This document shows positions 52,335 through 61,436 of a stretch of 64,000 nucleotides of DNA, in pieces. The notes under the pieces are model-generated. The model did not search any database. It saw nothing but the letters and a program-made list of their open reading frames with translations, and was not told where the DNA came from. The number at the start of each line of letters is the position of its first letter. Position 1 is the stretch's first letter. This stretch comes from Myxococcota bacterium. GTDB lineage: Bacteria; Myxococcota_A; Polyangia; Nannocystales; Nannocystaceae. The DNA is taken from contig JBCCHT010000004.1 in the NCBI GenBank assembly GCA_039028615.1, forward strand, positions 32,001 to 96,000. The letters run 5' to 3'. Position numbers and translations under genes: made by a program.

Positions 52335-52404
52335 TCGACTCAGGACCCGATGGTACCGTAGCCGGACCTTGGCCATCACCCAGAGTCGCGACTGCGGAAC
52401 GGAG

Positions 52405-53295
52405 TTGCCCGCGGCAACGTTGCCCGAGCTTCGTCATCGCATGGTTCGTGGTCACCGGATCTGGCTGCACGCGGTCGAGGCCGGTGATCCAGCCGGACCT
52501 CGCGTCCTGCTTCTCCACGGGTTCCCCGACGGCTGGCGCATTTGGCGCTACGTGCTCGCGCCCCTGGCTGAAGCGGGATGCTCGGTCACCGCGTTGGACC
52601 TGCGGGGCTACGGGCTCTCGGACAAGCCCACGCACTCCCACGACTATCGACTCGACGCTCTGGTTGCTGACGTGCGGGCCGTCGTCGGTGACCAACCCGT
52701 GCACTTGGTCGGCCACGACTGGGGTGCACAGCTGGCGTGGCATACCGCGATGCGAAGCCCGGCGCTCATTCGTAGCCTCACCGTGTTGTCGCTCCCGCAT
52801 CCCGCGAAGATTCCGGCGATGGCTTCGTCGGGTCGACAGCTTCTTCGCAGTTGGTACGCCGGAGCGTTGACTGCGATCTCGCGAAGTGGAACGTCGCTGC
52901 CCCCCGCGGCGACGCGCATGCTCGTGTCGACCATCGATCGCAACCTTCAGCGAGGTCGCCTCTCCGCGTCAGACTTCGATCGGCACGTCGCCGAACTCAG
53001 TCGGCCGGGGGTGCTCCCCGGCATCCTCCACTACTACCGGGAGATGGTGGAGCGCGATCCGTTGCGGTATCGAGACGACTTGGCCCGCATCGAGGTGCCG
53101 ACGCGTGTGATCTGGGGCGAGCGCGATCCGTTCCTCGGCTCGTGCTTCGCCGCGCCCGATCCCGCCTGGGTTCCGAACCAGCCCGGCGGTGTGCGGCGCT
53201 TGAACGACGCGGGGCACTGGCCGCAGCTCGATGAGCCCGACGCCGTGGTCGAGGTCTTGCTCGAATCGGTACGGGCCGATCGAGCGGCCCACTGA
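52405..53295 (+). CDS. Alpha/beta hydrolase, epoxide hydrolase-like
   Basis: HGFP oxyanion motif, GHDWGA Asp nucleophile, SWY and HYYR lid tyrosines, WGERD, GHW. Start uncertain. Confidence 0.85.
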   Translation: MPAATLPELRHRMVRGHRIWLHAVEAGDPAGPRVLLLHGFPDGWRIWRYVLAPLAEAGCSVTALDLRGYGLSDKPTHSHDYRLDALVADVRAVVGDQPVHLVGHDWGAQLAWHTAMRSPALIRSLTVLSLPHPAKIPAMASSGRQLLRSWYAGALTAISRSGTSLPPAATRMLVSTIDRNLQRGRLSASDFDRHVAELSRPGVLPGILHYYREMVERDPLRYRDDLARIEVPTRVIWGERDPFLGSCFAAPDPAWVPNQPGGVRRLNDAGHWPQLDEPDAVVEVLLESVRADRAAH

Positions 53296-53434
53296 TCCCG
53301 AGACCTCGCGCCCTCATGGGCCGCGTGTCCGCCCTTCCGGACGACGGGCGTCTCCCCCCCTCCGAGTCCACGCATAGGCCGACTCGCGGGCGGCTGGCGA
53401 ACACCGATTCCGCACGGGTGGCCCACCGCGTGCA

Positions 53435-53495
53435 TTCGCTGTCCGGGATCCCGGACAGGCGAACGACTCACCGCCTGAATCCCGGACAGCGAACG
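53435..53495. promoter_or_regulatory. Palindromic/triplicated site, putative enhancer (UAS)
   Basis: Perfect palindrome CTGTCCGGGATCCCGGACAG (53439-53458) plus a third half-site ATCCCGGACAGCGAA (53479-53493). Confidence 0.55.
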
Positions 53496-53529
53496 CGCTG
53501 ATTCGGGGGTCTAGCGCTGCGTTTGCGGA

Positions 53530-53545
53530 CGGTACGTCGCTTGCA
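53530..53545 (+). promoter_or_regulatory. Putative sigma-54 (-24/-12) promoter
   Basis: CGGTACG-TCGC-TTGCA with exact GG-N10-GC spacing, 16 bp upstream of the protease ATG. Confidence 0.6.
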
Positions 53546-53560
53546 CAGAGCCGACGTGGC

Positions 53561-55045
53561 ATGCCTCGTGGTTCACATCGCACAGCGCTCACCTTCGGAG
53601 GGTTGCTCGCGGTCAGCATGCTGACCGCGACGCCGGCTCTCGGACGGACCCAACCAACGCCCGACATCCCGGACAACCCCGCGCTGGCGGTTGGCGATGA
53701 CTGGTATTCGACCCGAGACTGGCCGAATAGGGCGGCCGAGCCCACGGCGAACACCAGCTCCGATGCCGCGCTCGAGTGGGTTCGAGCGCAAGCCGAGAAG
53801 AAGCCCGCTCAGTCGCTACTACGAGGCTCGTACTCGGAGGTCGTCCTGCCCTACGGCACGGAGATCGATGGCTACGGCATCGACGGTGCGACCTGGGAGT
53901 CCTACGGCCACGTGTTCGACCGCGCGCCGAACTCGGGCAACGGCCTGCCCTGCTTCCCGAAGGCGCACACCTACGACGTCCGTCGCCTCCAGGCAGTGGC
54001 AGAGCGGCTCGCGGCCGATGCTGACCCGTCGGCCACTGCCCTTTTTGGTCAGGTCCAGGTCGGGGAGTCGCTCGCGGCCGAGATGCAACGCAGACTCGAT
54101 CGCAAGTCTGCGCTGCTGGGCGAGCCCGACAGCCCCGTGCTCTTGATCGGAGGCGAGTCGGATGGACCATCGCAAGCTGCCCAGTGCCTCGACATCTCCA
54201 GCGACGAACTCGAGGACTGGAGGGACCACTACGTCGCCAACGCGGACGATGACTCGAACCTCTTCAACCTCACCGAGCTGCAGAAGAAGAACATCGACGA
54301 TGCCCACCTCAATGCCGTCGTTCGGCTCGTCTACGGGGAAGGGTCGACTCGAGTCTGTAGCGGGACCTTGATCTCTCCGACGTGGGTCATCACGGCTGCG
54401 CACTGCATTCCTCGTGGCGACATCCCCGTGGAGATCTGGCTCGGCAAGGACATCGCCGAGGAGAATCGGAAGGTCTTCCGCTTCGCGACCAACGAAGACG
54501 CATGTCACATCATGCCGCTGTCGGAGGCAAAGGCCGACCAAGTCCGCTGCGGCGAGCTGACGGAACGTCAGCTCGACAAGCGAAGCTCCCGGCACGACAT
54601 CGCGCTGCTGGAGCTCGCGACGGCCGTAGATCGCCGCGATGCGGTGCCCCGCAAGTACCTCGCGGCCACCGACTCGCCACAGCTCGACGACCACGCCCGC
54701 GTCATCGGGTACGGGTCGACGGACGCCGAAGACTGCGACTCCGCGACGATCAAGCCGTCCACGCGGAGGCTCGCCGCCTTCTTCGAGCTGCGGCTGACCG
54801 TCTCCAAGCAACTACGGCTGGCGACGATGGACGGGTTCGAACAGTCCGTAGCCCCGGGCGACTCGGGAGGAGCCGTCGTCACGACGATTCGCTCCTCCTT
54901 CCAGGAAGAAGTCCTCATCGGAGTGACGAGCGACAGCAGGTGCGGCACGAGGCACTTCGCCGCTCCGGTGTTCAAGCCGACCCACGCCGCGTGGATTGAA
55001 AAAACCACCGGTATCGCAGGGGTCGAAGGGAGCAGAGAGCCATGA
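53561..55045 (+). CDS. Secreted S1 (trypsin/chymotrypsin-fold) serine protease with long N-terminal region
   Basis: Signal peptide; CSGTLISPTWVITAAHC, HDIALL, PGDSGG. Confidence 0.9.
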   Translation: MPRGSHRTALTFGGLLAVSMLTATPALGRTQPTPDIPDNPALAVGDDWYSTRDWPNRAAEPTANTSSDAALEWVRAQAEKKPAQSLLRGSYSEVVLPYGTEIDGYGIDGATWESYGHVFDRAPNSGNGLPCFPKAHTYDVRRLQAVAERLAADADPSATALFGQVQVGESLAAEMQRRLDRKSALLGEPDSPVLLIGGESDGPSQAAQCLDISSDELEDWRDHYVANADDDSNLFNLTELQKKNIDDAHLNAVVRLVYGEGSTRVCSGTLISPTWVITAAHCIPRGDIPVEIWLGKDIAEENRKVFRFATNEDACHIMPLSEAKADQVRCGELTERQLDKRSSRHDIALLELATAVDRRDAVPRKYLAATDSPQLDDHARVIGYGSTDAEDCDSATIKPSTRRLAAFFELRLTVSKQLRLATMDGFEQSVAPGDSGGAVVTTIRSSFQEEVLIGVTSDSRCGTRHFAAPVFKPTHAAWIEKTTGIAGVEGSREP

Positions 55046-57537
55046 ACCGTATCGTAGGAGCCATCAGTATCCTGGCCATCGCGCTCGGCATCGCGTCCGT
55101 TTCGCGTACGGCGGAAGCCGCCGACGGGCCCGATGTCGTCGCCGCCATCAAGGCAAAGGTCGGGGTCATCGACGGCGACATCCAGGACGTCGAGATCGAA
55201 CTCGATGCACAGGCCTATTTCGACGGCTGTGGGCAAGTCCACGGCAGGACGGTGGACGCGTTGGTCAAGCTCGAAGAAGCCCGCCACGCGGAGTTCATCG
55301 GCCGGCTGGAGTCCTGCGCGATGTACGAGGAGGTGAAGCAGTTCTGTGATGCTCCGCTTTCCGACCCCTTCGCGAAGCCAGTGGACTATCGAAAGGTGGC
55401 AACCCTGGCGAGCAAGGACTACTTCGACGACCTCGAGCGCCATGCCGCGAGTACGACGGGGGATGTCCCCGAGTGGTGCGCCCGAAACGAGTCCAACCCT
55501 GCCCCCTTCGAAGACGCCCTAGAAGAGAATGCCCCGGATACCAACAAGTCAGGGGGAGGAGTACTCGGCGAGGCACTGGGACCCTCGTGGCAGGACGCGG
55601 TCGTGCGAGGCATCGCGGCGTTCATCAGCGCGCGGCTGAAGGCCGAGCTCGAGCTGCTAGTGCAGGACCGTCTCGCCGACGACCTGTGCAAGGTCGACAA
55701 GATGAAGACGCTGCTCGACAACACCTGCACCGTCATCGAGGGCATGCGCGGCCAGGACGGGCCGATCGCGTGGGGTACCGTAAAAAGTGCCGTCGAGGAG
55801 GACCTGCTCGCACTCCCGGCCGTATTGGTCGACGAGTATCTGGTGCAGCGCAAGCGGTACGGCATCGCGGCCGCCCTCACCGGCTCGGTGCTCGTGATGG
55901 AGTCGGTGCGTCGAGGCAAGTCGCCCGTGGTCGTGCTCGGCGGGCTGACCTCGCTGAGCAAAGACGTGAGCCCCTGCAAGCTCCAGCCCGCGCTGTGCAC
56001 GATGTGGATGCTGGGCGTGAGCGGCCAGGTCATCGGTGTCGGCCTCGAAGAGCCCGTGGGAGCGAACTCCGAGCACTACGGCGAGATCGCAGCCCGGCTC
56101 ATGCTCTACCGCGCATTCGAGGGAACAGCCGAGAATGCGCGTCCAGACTTCGTCAACGAAGAAAAGTACCCCACGTTGGTCGCGGCCGCCTTGGCGGACT
56201 CGAGACTCCGGCTTCAGTCGGTGACCACCCAGCTGAAGGAGCTCGAAGCGGAACAAAAGGACGGCAAGGCCCTCGACTTCGAGACCTTCGCCGACCTTGC
56301 GCGAGACCTCAGCTACATCCTCGAGGGTGGAGCCGTGGTCGGCACCGGGGTCGAACGTGATGACGCCAGCTGCAAGGACCTACGGAGCGCCGAGGCGGGG
56401 CAGGCCGACGCAAAGGCCGCGCTCGAGAAGGCCCAAGAAGACCTCGCGGAAAAGCCCCAAGACGCGGCATTGATCGCCGCCGAAAAATCCGCCTCCGAGG
56501 ACGACGACGCGGCCAAAAAGAAACTTCGCGACGAGCAGAGACGCTGTGTCGCGGCGAGCTTCTACAGCAGTACCGATTTGTTCGAGGCGATCCACGACGC
56601 GCGCACGCGCGACTTCCAGGGACTCGTGGTCCGACTCTTCGCCATCGCCGAGCGCCTCGATGTCGAGATTCCCCCTGCCCTACTGAAATACGGGCCGTTC
56701 CTCGCCGACTTCGCCTCGGCCCAGGACGCCGAGTCCATCGAAAAAGCGCTCGAGTCGGTCGCGGAGCCCGTGGGTTCCTACAAGAAGAAGCGCGGTGACG
56801 CGGGCTCGATCCGAGCGGCTCGATATCGGGAGCGCGAGGAGTTCTCGGGGCGAAAGGGCAAGGCCTTCCGGCAGCACTGGAGAAAGAAACGAGGGAACTA
56901 TCGCCGAAGTACGATCAAGAAAGACAAGAAAACCAACGAAGGCATGACGAACCTCGAGTTCCGACGCTGGTGGCGAAGCAACCGCCTGAACGAGGGCTAC
57001 GGTCGGCGCCCGCGGGTGATCACGATCAACGCCTACGCGGGAGCGCGAGGCGGCGGCGACATCCTGGTCGACTCGCAGGTCGACAACATCGCAGCCGGTC
57101 AGTTCGGCCTCTTCGCCCCCATGGGCCTCGAGATGGCCTGGGGCCTGGGCCGCTCGTCCTCCGTCGGGCTCTTCGTCTCCGTCATCGACGTGGGTGCCCT
57201 GGCCGACTTCCGCTTCGGCGACGCCAACGTCGACGACACCCCGGCCGACGACACGACCATGGGCGACGGCCCCGACAATCAAACGGATGCGGAGGTCGAT
57301 ACGCAGCCCCAGATCGGCCTGCGGCAGGTGGTCTCGCCCGGCCTGTACCTGATGTTCGGCATCCCCAAGACGCCGTTCACCCTCGGGTTCGGCGGCGCCT
57401 TCTCGCCCCGTCTGCGCAGCGTGACCCTGAATCCCAACGACGAAAACGCCACCACGGAGCAGGAGTCGGTCTTCACTCTCAGTGGTGTGTTCGCGGTCGA
57501 CATCCCCGTCGTGGTCATTCACAAGCGGCACCGCTAG
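55042..57537 (+). CDS. Large secreted hypothetical protein (helical body, beta-rich C-terminus)
   Basis: Signal peptide ending AEA; ATGA-coupled to the protease; C-terminal alternating hydrophobic strands. Confidence 0.75.
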   Translation: MNRIVGAISILAIALGIASVSRTAEAADGPDVVAAIKAKVGVIDGDIQDVEIELDAQAYFDGCGQVHGRTVDALVKLEEARHAEFIGRLESCAMYEEVKQFCDAPLSDPFAKPVDYRKVATLASKDYFDDLERHAASTTGDVPEWCARNESNPAPFEDALEENAPDTNKSGGGVLGEALGPSWQDAVVRGIAAFISARLKAELELLVQDRLADDLCKVDKMKTLLDNTCTVIEGMRGQDGPIAWGTVKSAVEEDLLALPAVLVDEYLVQRKRYGIAAALTGSVLVMESVRRGKSPVVVLGGLTSLSKDVSPCKLQPALCTMWMLGVSGQVIGVGLEEPVGANSEHYGEIAARLMLYRAFEGTAENARPDFVNEEKYPTLVAAALADSRLRLQSVTTQLKELEAEQKDGKALDFETFADLARDLSYILEGGAVVGTGVERDDASCKDLRSAEAGQADAKAALEKAQEDLAEKPQDAALIAAEKSASEDDDAAKKKLRDEQRRCVAASFYSSTDLFEAIHDARTRDFQGLVVRLFAIAERLDVEIPPALLKYGPFLADFASAQDAESIEKALESVAEPVGSYKKKRGDAGSIRAARYREREEFSGRKGKAFRQHWRKKRGNYRRSTIKKDKKTNEGMTNLEFRRWWRSNRLNEGYGRRPRVITINAYAGARGGGDILVDSQVDNIAAGQFGLFAPMGLEMAWGLGRSSSVGLFVSVIDVGALADFRFGDANVDDTPADDTTMGDGPDNQTDAEVDTQPQIGLRQVVSPGLYLMFGIPKTPFTLGFGGAFSPRLRSVTLNPNDENATTEQESVFTLSGVFAVDIPVVVIHKRHR

Positions 57538-57552
57538 CCCAAGCTCCCAGGG

Positions 57553-57579
57553 GCACAGGCGTGGCCTCCACGCCTGTGC
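57553..57579 (+). terminator. Hairpin after the protease operon
   Basis: Perfect 12-bp stem GCACAGGCGTGG-cct-CCACGCCTGTGC; weak U-tract. Confidence 0.55.
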
Positions 57580-57678
57580 GTTCGAGTCCATGCTCCGAGA
57601 AGGCTGTTTCTCTCGGTCATGGACTCGACGCGTGGGTCCGTGCTGCTTCGAGCGTCCGCGCATGCGAGACTCTCCACG

Positions 57679-58797
57679 ATGCCTTCACGGACCCGCCGTC
57701 GCCGACCGCCGTCGCCCCGGCCGAGCGCTCTGACGCTCGCCTTCGTCATGCTCGGCGGGTGCGGCACGCCGACCCCGAACACGCAACCGCAGAAGGCAGC
57801 CGAGCAGGCCACGCCAACGCCAGCGGAGACCAAGCCCCAGACGCCGACCTCGGTCGCCACGCCTGTCCCCGCCAAGCCATCGCCCCATCTTCCCGTCGTC
57901 CGGGACGGGCCCCCGAAGAAGGCCGCGGAAGCGCTTTCCTTGATGATCGGCGGGCGCTTCGACATTCCGCTGCCCCCCGAGCTGGAGGGCATCCTTCACG
58001 ATCGCATCGCCCAGGGGCACCGCTGGGCGGCCCAGGACCTCTACTTGGTGGGAGGCATCGATGCGGTCGCGACCGCGATGGCCAAGACCAAAGACGATGC
58101 GATCGTCGACTCGCTCGCGAAGTCGATCGGGCTGCGCTTCCGCTTGGCTCGGAATCAACTCGAACCCAACGAACCGACCGCGGCCGCCAAGGTCCTGACC
58201 GCGAAATTGGCCACCGCCAGCGATCCGCATCCCCTACTGTCCGCACTGCGAGACATCGGCCCCGATGCGGGTGACGCGGCCCGAGTTCCAGTCGCCGCGT
58301 TGCTCGCGGACGCGGACACTCGGCAAGACGCCGCCGCCACCCTCGCATCCTTGGGCGCAGACGAGACGACGGAGACACTCTTTGCCCACCTCGGAGACGA
58401 AGACGCCGACGTCCGCATCGCAGTCGCTCAGGCAATTGGTTGCTCTGGAGCTGACGTCTCCGCCCGCTTGCAGGAGTTACTGAAGAGCGAAGACGTGCGT
58501 GTGCAAGAGACCGCGGTGCGAGCGCTGGCGCATCTGGGGCCCGACGCAGCGGAGGCTGTCGGGGCCCTCACGCTCCTGCTCGATCACTCCAACGTCGAAC
58601 TGGTCGGCCACACCGCGCATACGCTGGGCGCGATCGGAAGTGCAGCCAAGCCCGCACTCCCGGCCCTGCACCGAGCTGCCGCCACGGCGAAGAAACGAAG
58701 CCCCACCGCCGACGTCGACCTGCAGATCGCCATCTCCAGCATCGAAGGCAACGTGGAGCGCCCCAACTCCTGCCCCTACCCGGCCGAGACTCCCTGA
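57679..58797 (+). CDS. HEAT-repeat lipoprotein
   Basis: Lipobox LGGC; repeats LGDEDADVRIAVAQAIG, LKSEDVRVQETAVRALAHLG, AHTLGAIG. Confidence 0.78.
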   Translation: MPSRTRRRRPPSPRPSALTLAFVMLGGCGTPTPNTQPQKAAEQATPTPAETKPQTPTSVATPVPAKPSPHLPVVRDGPPKKAAEALSLMIGGRFDIPLPPELEGILHDRIAQGHRWAAQDLYLVGGIDAVATAMAKTKDDAIVDSLAKSIGLRFRLARNQLEPNEPTAAAKVLTAKLATASDPHPLLSALRDIGPDAGDAARVPVAALLADADTRQDAAATLASLGADETTETLFAHLGDEDADVRIAVAQAIGCSGADVSARLQELLKSEDVRVQETAVRALAHLGPDAAEAVGALTLLLDHSNVELVGHTAHTLGAIGSAAKPALPALHRAAATAKKRSPTADVDLQIAISSIEGNVERPNSCPYPAETP

Positions 58798-58970
58798 GCG
58801 ACTCTTCGGCCCGACCCGAACCACGCGCACGCCGGACGGCGGACGCGGCGGTCGGTTCCACCCGCTGTCCGGGACGGGGGCCGCCGTTTTCGGGCATCGG
58901 GCCCTCGCTCGAAAAAAGTGATGCAGTCGAGGATCGATTCTGCGCCCACGGTTACTCCCGCAACGACCTC

Positions 58971-59666
58971 ATGTCGTTCGCCGAACGAGCCCGTCCCACG
59001 AGTGCCGAGCCCTACCTCCGATCCGCCCCCACGGCGGTCGGGCTCGGCCTCGCCTTGTTGCTGGCCGCATGTGGAGACGAGCGAGTCCTCGGCGACATGG
59101 CCGAGGACCCGACCACGGGGAGCGAGGGCACGGACGAGGACGTTGCGGAGAGCACGGGCGAGCCCGAGCCCGAGCCGGACGACGGCAGCACCGACGACGG
59201 CGGAAGCTCGGAGACCGGCGAGCCCGAGTCACGGTGCACCTGCGTCGACCTCGATCGGGTGTGCAGCCACGACACGGAGCTCGCCACCTTCGACTGCGAA
59301 CTGCCGGAGCCCTGCGGCGTGCTGCACGACCAGGGGGTGAGCTTCGACACCGTCACGTGCGTGCTCGACCTGCTGATCGACCAGGAGCCGGCGCGTTTTC
59401 GGTACCACTTTCAAAACGACATCGGCACCTGGGAAACGGAGACGTGGTCGGGCTGGTTTTACATTCTCGGGCCCGGCCAAGGGCTCGACAACGAGTGCTA
59501 CCGCCACGAGATCGACCAATACGAGGAAAACATCGCGACCGCGAATCTCTACACGCTCGCCGATCCGAGCGTCTTTTTGGACTGCATCGGGCTGACGGTC
59601 GATGCCAAGCGCGCGTGTCTGCTCGCCGGGCTGGAGGCAGGCGACTCCGCGCCCGAGTGCCTGTAG
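58971..59666 (+). CDS. Hypothetical Cys-containing lipoprotein
   Basis: Lipobox LAAC, acidic linker, Cys-rich domain. Confidence 0.7.
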   Translation: MSFAERARPTSAEPYLRSAPTAVGLGLALLLAACGDERVLGDMAEDPTTGSEGTDEDVAESTGEPEPEPDDGSTDDGGSSETGEPESRCTCVDLDRVCSHDTELATFDCELPEPCGVLHDQGVSFDTVTCVLDLLIDQEPARFRYHFQNDIGTWETETWSGWFYILGPGQGLDNECYRHEIDQYEENIATANLYTLADPSVFLDCIGLTVDAKRACLLAGLEAGDSAPECL

Positions 59667-59669
59667 GGC

Positions 59670-60857
59670 TCAGCCCACGGGGACGGTGGGGATGACGAAC
59701 AGCGCCCCCGCCCTCGCCGCGGGATCCTGACTGTCCGAAACCTCGGCGTAGAAGAAGAAGCCGGTCAGGTCGATGCCGACGCCGATCAGAGGCACGGTGA
59801 CGACCTCGTCGGTGTTCGTGACCGAGCCGGTAATCTCACCGCTGGAGTCGAGCACGAGGTCGGCGGGGATTCCCGACTGCGGGATGAAGACGTCGAGCCC
59901 CGCGGGCATCGGCTCCTCCGACCACGAGTACGGGGTGAGCCCGCCGTCCGCCTCCAGCTGCGCCACGTAGGGCACGGCGATGCCGGGGATGACGGCGAGC
60001 AGCGGCAGCACGACGACCTTGAACGCGAGCAGGTCGTACTCCTGCGTGCCGACCACCGTCAGCGGCCGCAGGTCGACCTGAAACGAGAAGTCCTGCTCGT
60101 CCCACCCCGGCGGGCGCTGAGCATCGACGACGCGAATGCGGAAATCGAATGGGCCGGGCTGCAGCGGCATCCCGGTCACGGCTCCCGCCGCATCCACGAT
60201 GACGCCGTCCGGCAGGGCGCCATCGACGAGGAACCAGCCGTAGGGTTCGGTGCCTCCCAGCGCCAGCAAGGGCACGTTCATGGGCATGCCTTCGTCGAAG
60301 GCCCCCAGCTCGGGCAAGGTGATGATCGTCAGGGGCTCGGAGTGGACGGTGATCGAAAAGTCGCGCGAGGCCGTGGTGCCCTCGGCATCTTCGACCTGCG
60401 CCTCGAACACGTAGTCGCCCGTCGCCGTCGGGACCCCGGTCACCGCTCCGGTCGCATCGACCGACAAGCCCGGCGGCACCTGGCCCGAGCCCACGCTCCA
60501 GGCATAGGGCGGCGCACCACCCGTAGCGGCGAGCGTCTGGTCGTAGTCGAAGCTCAAGGCCCCCGGTTCGAGCACCTCGGTGGTGACCATCAGGGCTTCG
60601 GCCTGACACATGCCGTCGAGGCACAGCTGCCCGTCTGCACACGGCTCGGTCAGCCACTCCGTGCCGTCGTCCGCACAGACCAAGACCTCTGCTTCACCGC
60701 ATAGTCGTTCCCCCGCGACACAGATGGGGGCCAAGCCCGTCTCGTCGCCTCCCGAGCTCGACGTGCCGCCCCCCGCGGTCGCAGGAGCATCGTTGGCAGT
60801 GCATGCCACGGAGGCCAAGGCGGCTGCGACGAGGAGGTCCCGGGTGCGCTCGAGCAT
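59670..60857 (-). CDS. Lipoprotein with putative Ig (He_PIG-like) repeats
   Basis: Lipobox SVAC; three repeats A.GG.PPY.W....G.LP.G...DA.G.VTG.P. Confidence 0.8.
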   Translation of the reverse strand: MLERTRDLLVAAALASVACTANDAPATAGGGTSSSGGDETGLAPICVAGERLCGEAEVLVCADDGTEWLTEPCADGQLCLDGMCQAEALMVTTEVLEPGALSFDYDQTLAATGGAPPYAWSVGSGQVPPGLSVDATGAVTGVPTATGDYVFEAQVEDAEGTTASRDFSITVHSEPLTIITLPELGAFDEGMPMNVPLLALGGTEPYGWFLVDGALPDGVIVDAAGAVTGMPLQPGPFDFRIRVVDAQRPPGWDEQDFSFQVDLRPLTVVGTQEYDLLAFKVVVLPLLAVIPGIAVPYVAQLEADGGLTPYSWSEEPMPAGLDVFIPQSGIPADLVLDSSGEITGSVTNTDEVVTVPLIGVGIDLTGFFFYAEVSDSQDPAARAGALFVIPTVPVG

Positions 60858-61077
60858 GAACGACGCGGAGTCTACTCCGGCCCCGAAAATCGACTCGTAC
60901 GGTGCGCCCGCCGCCCTCGACGAGCAGCGTTTCAATCCGCCCCGGAGCCCTTGTAGGGAAACCGGACACGCCGGCCCCGACGCCACCGACGAACGTGCGT
61001 CGACGCCGAACGTGGGAGGTCAGTCACGATCTCGGCGCGAGAAATTTCTTCGTGTCGGTCGCTGGCGCCCTCCTCGA

Positions 61078-61188
61078 AACGACTCGTTTGGCACGGCATC
61101 GAACCCGACCGGAACGACTCGTGGCCCATGTTCGACCGAGACCGGAACGACTCGTTGCACTCTGACGAGGACGACCGGATCGACTCGT
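61078..61188. repeat. Intergenic direct-repeat array GACCGGAWCGACTCGT, 33-bp period
   Basis: Copies at 61107, 61140 and 61173 (16 bp, 17-bp unique spacers); partial AACGACTCGT at 61078. Confidence 0.8.
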
Positions 61189-61436
61189 GACCACGACGCG
61201 AAGGGTGGCTCGATGCTTCGCGTCGCAGTGAGACGCGAGCAACGGCGATTCGCTTTCGGCACCGCTGCACGACGACACGACGGTGAACGACTTCGACCGC
61301 AACGAGCCGGTATGCTTGCTTCATCATCACCGGACACGTTCATTCCGATGCGCCCCATGACGCGTGAAAGAGACAGCGAGGGATGGGATCGAACGAGCGC
61401 GATGGCTATAGTGTCTTCGCTAGGATTCTGGAAACC

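Noticed and set aside
61078..61188. CRISPR array
   Set aside because: Repeats (16 bp) and spacers (17 bp) are too short, there are only three full copies, and no cas genes or leader are present. Kept as an unexplained repeat.
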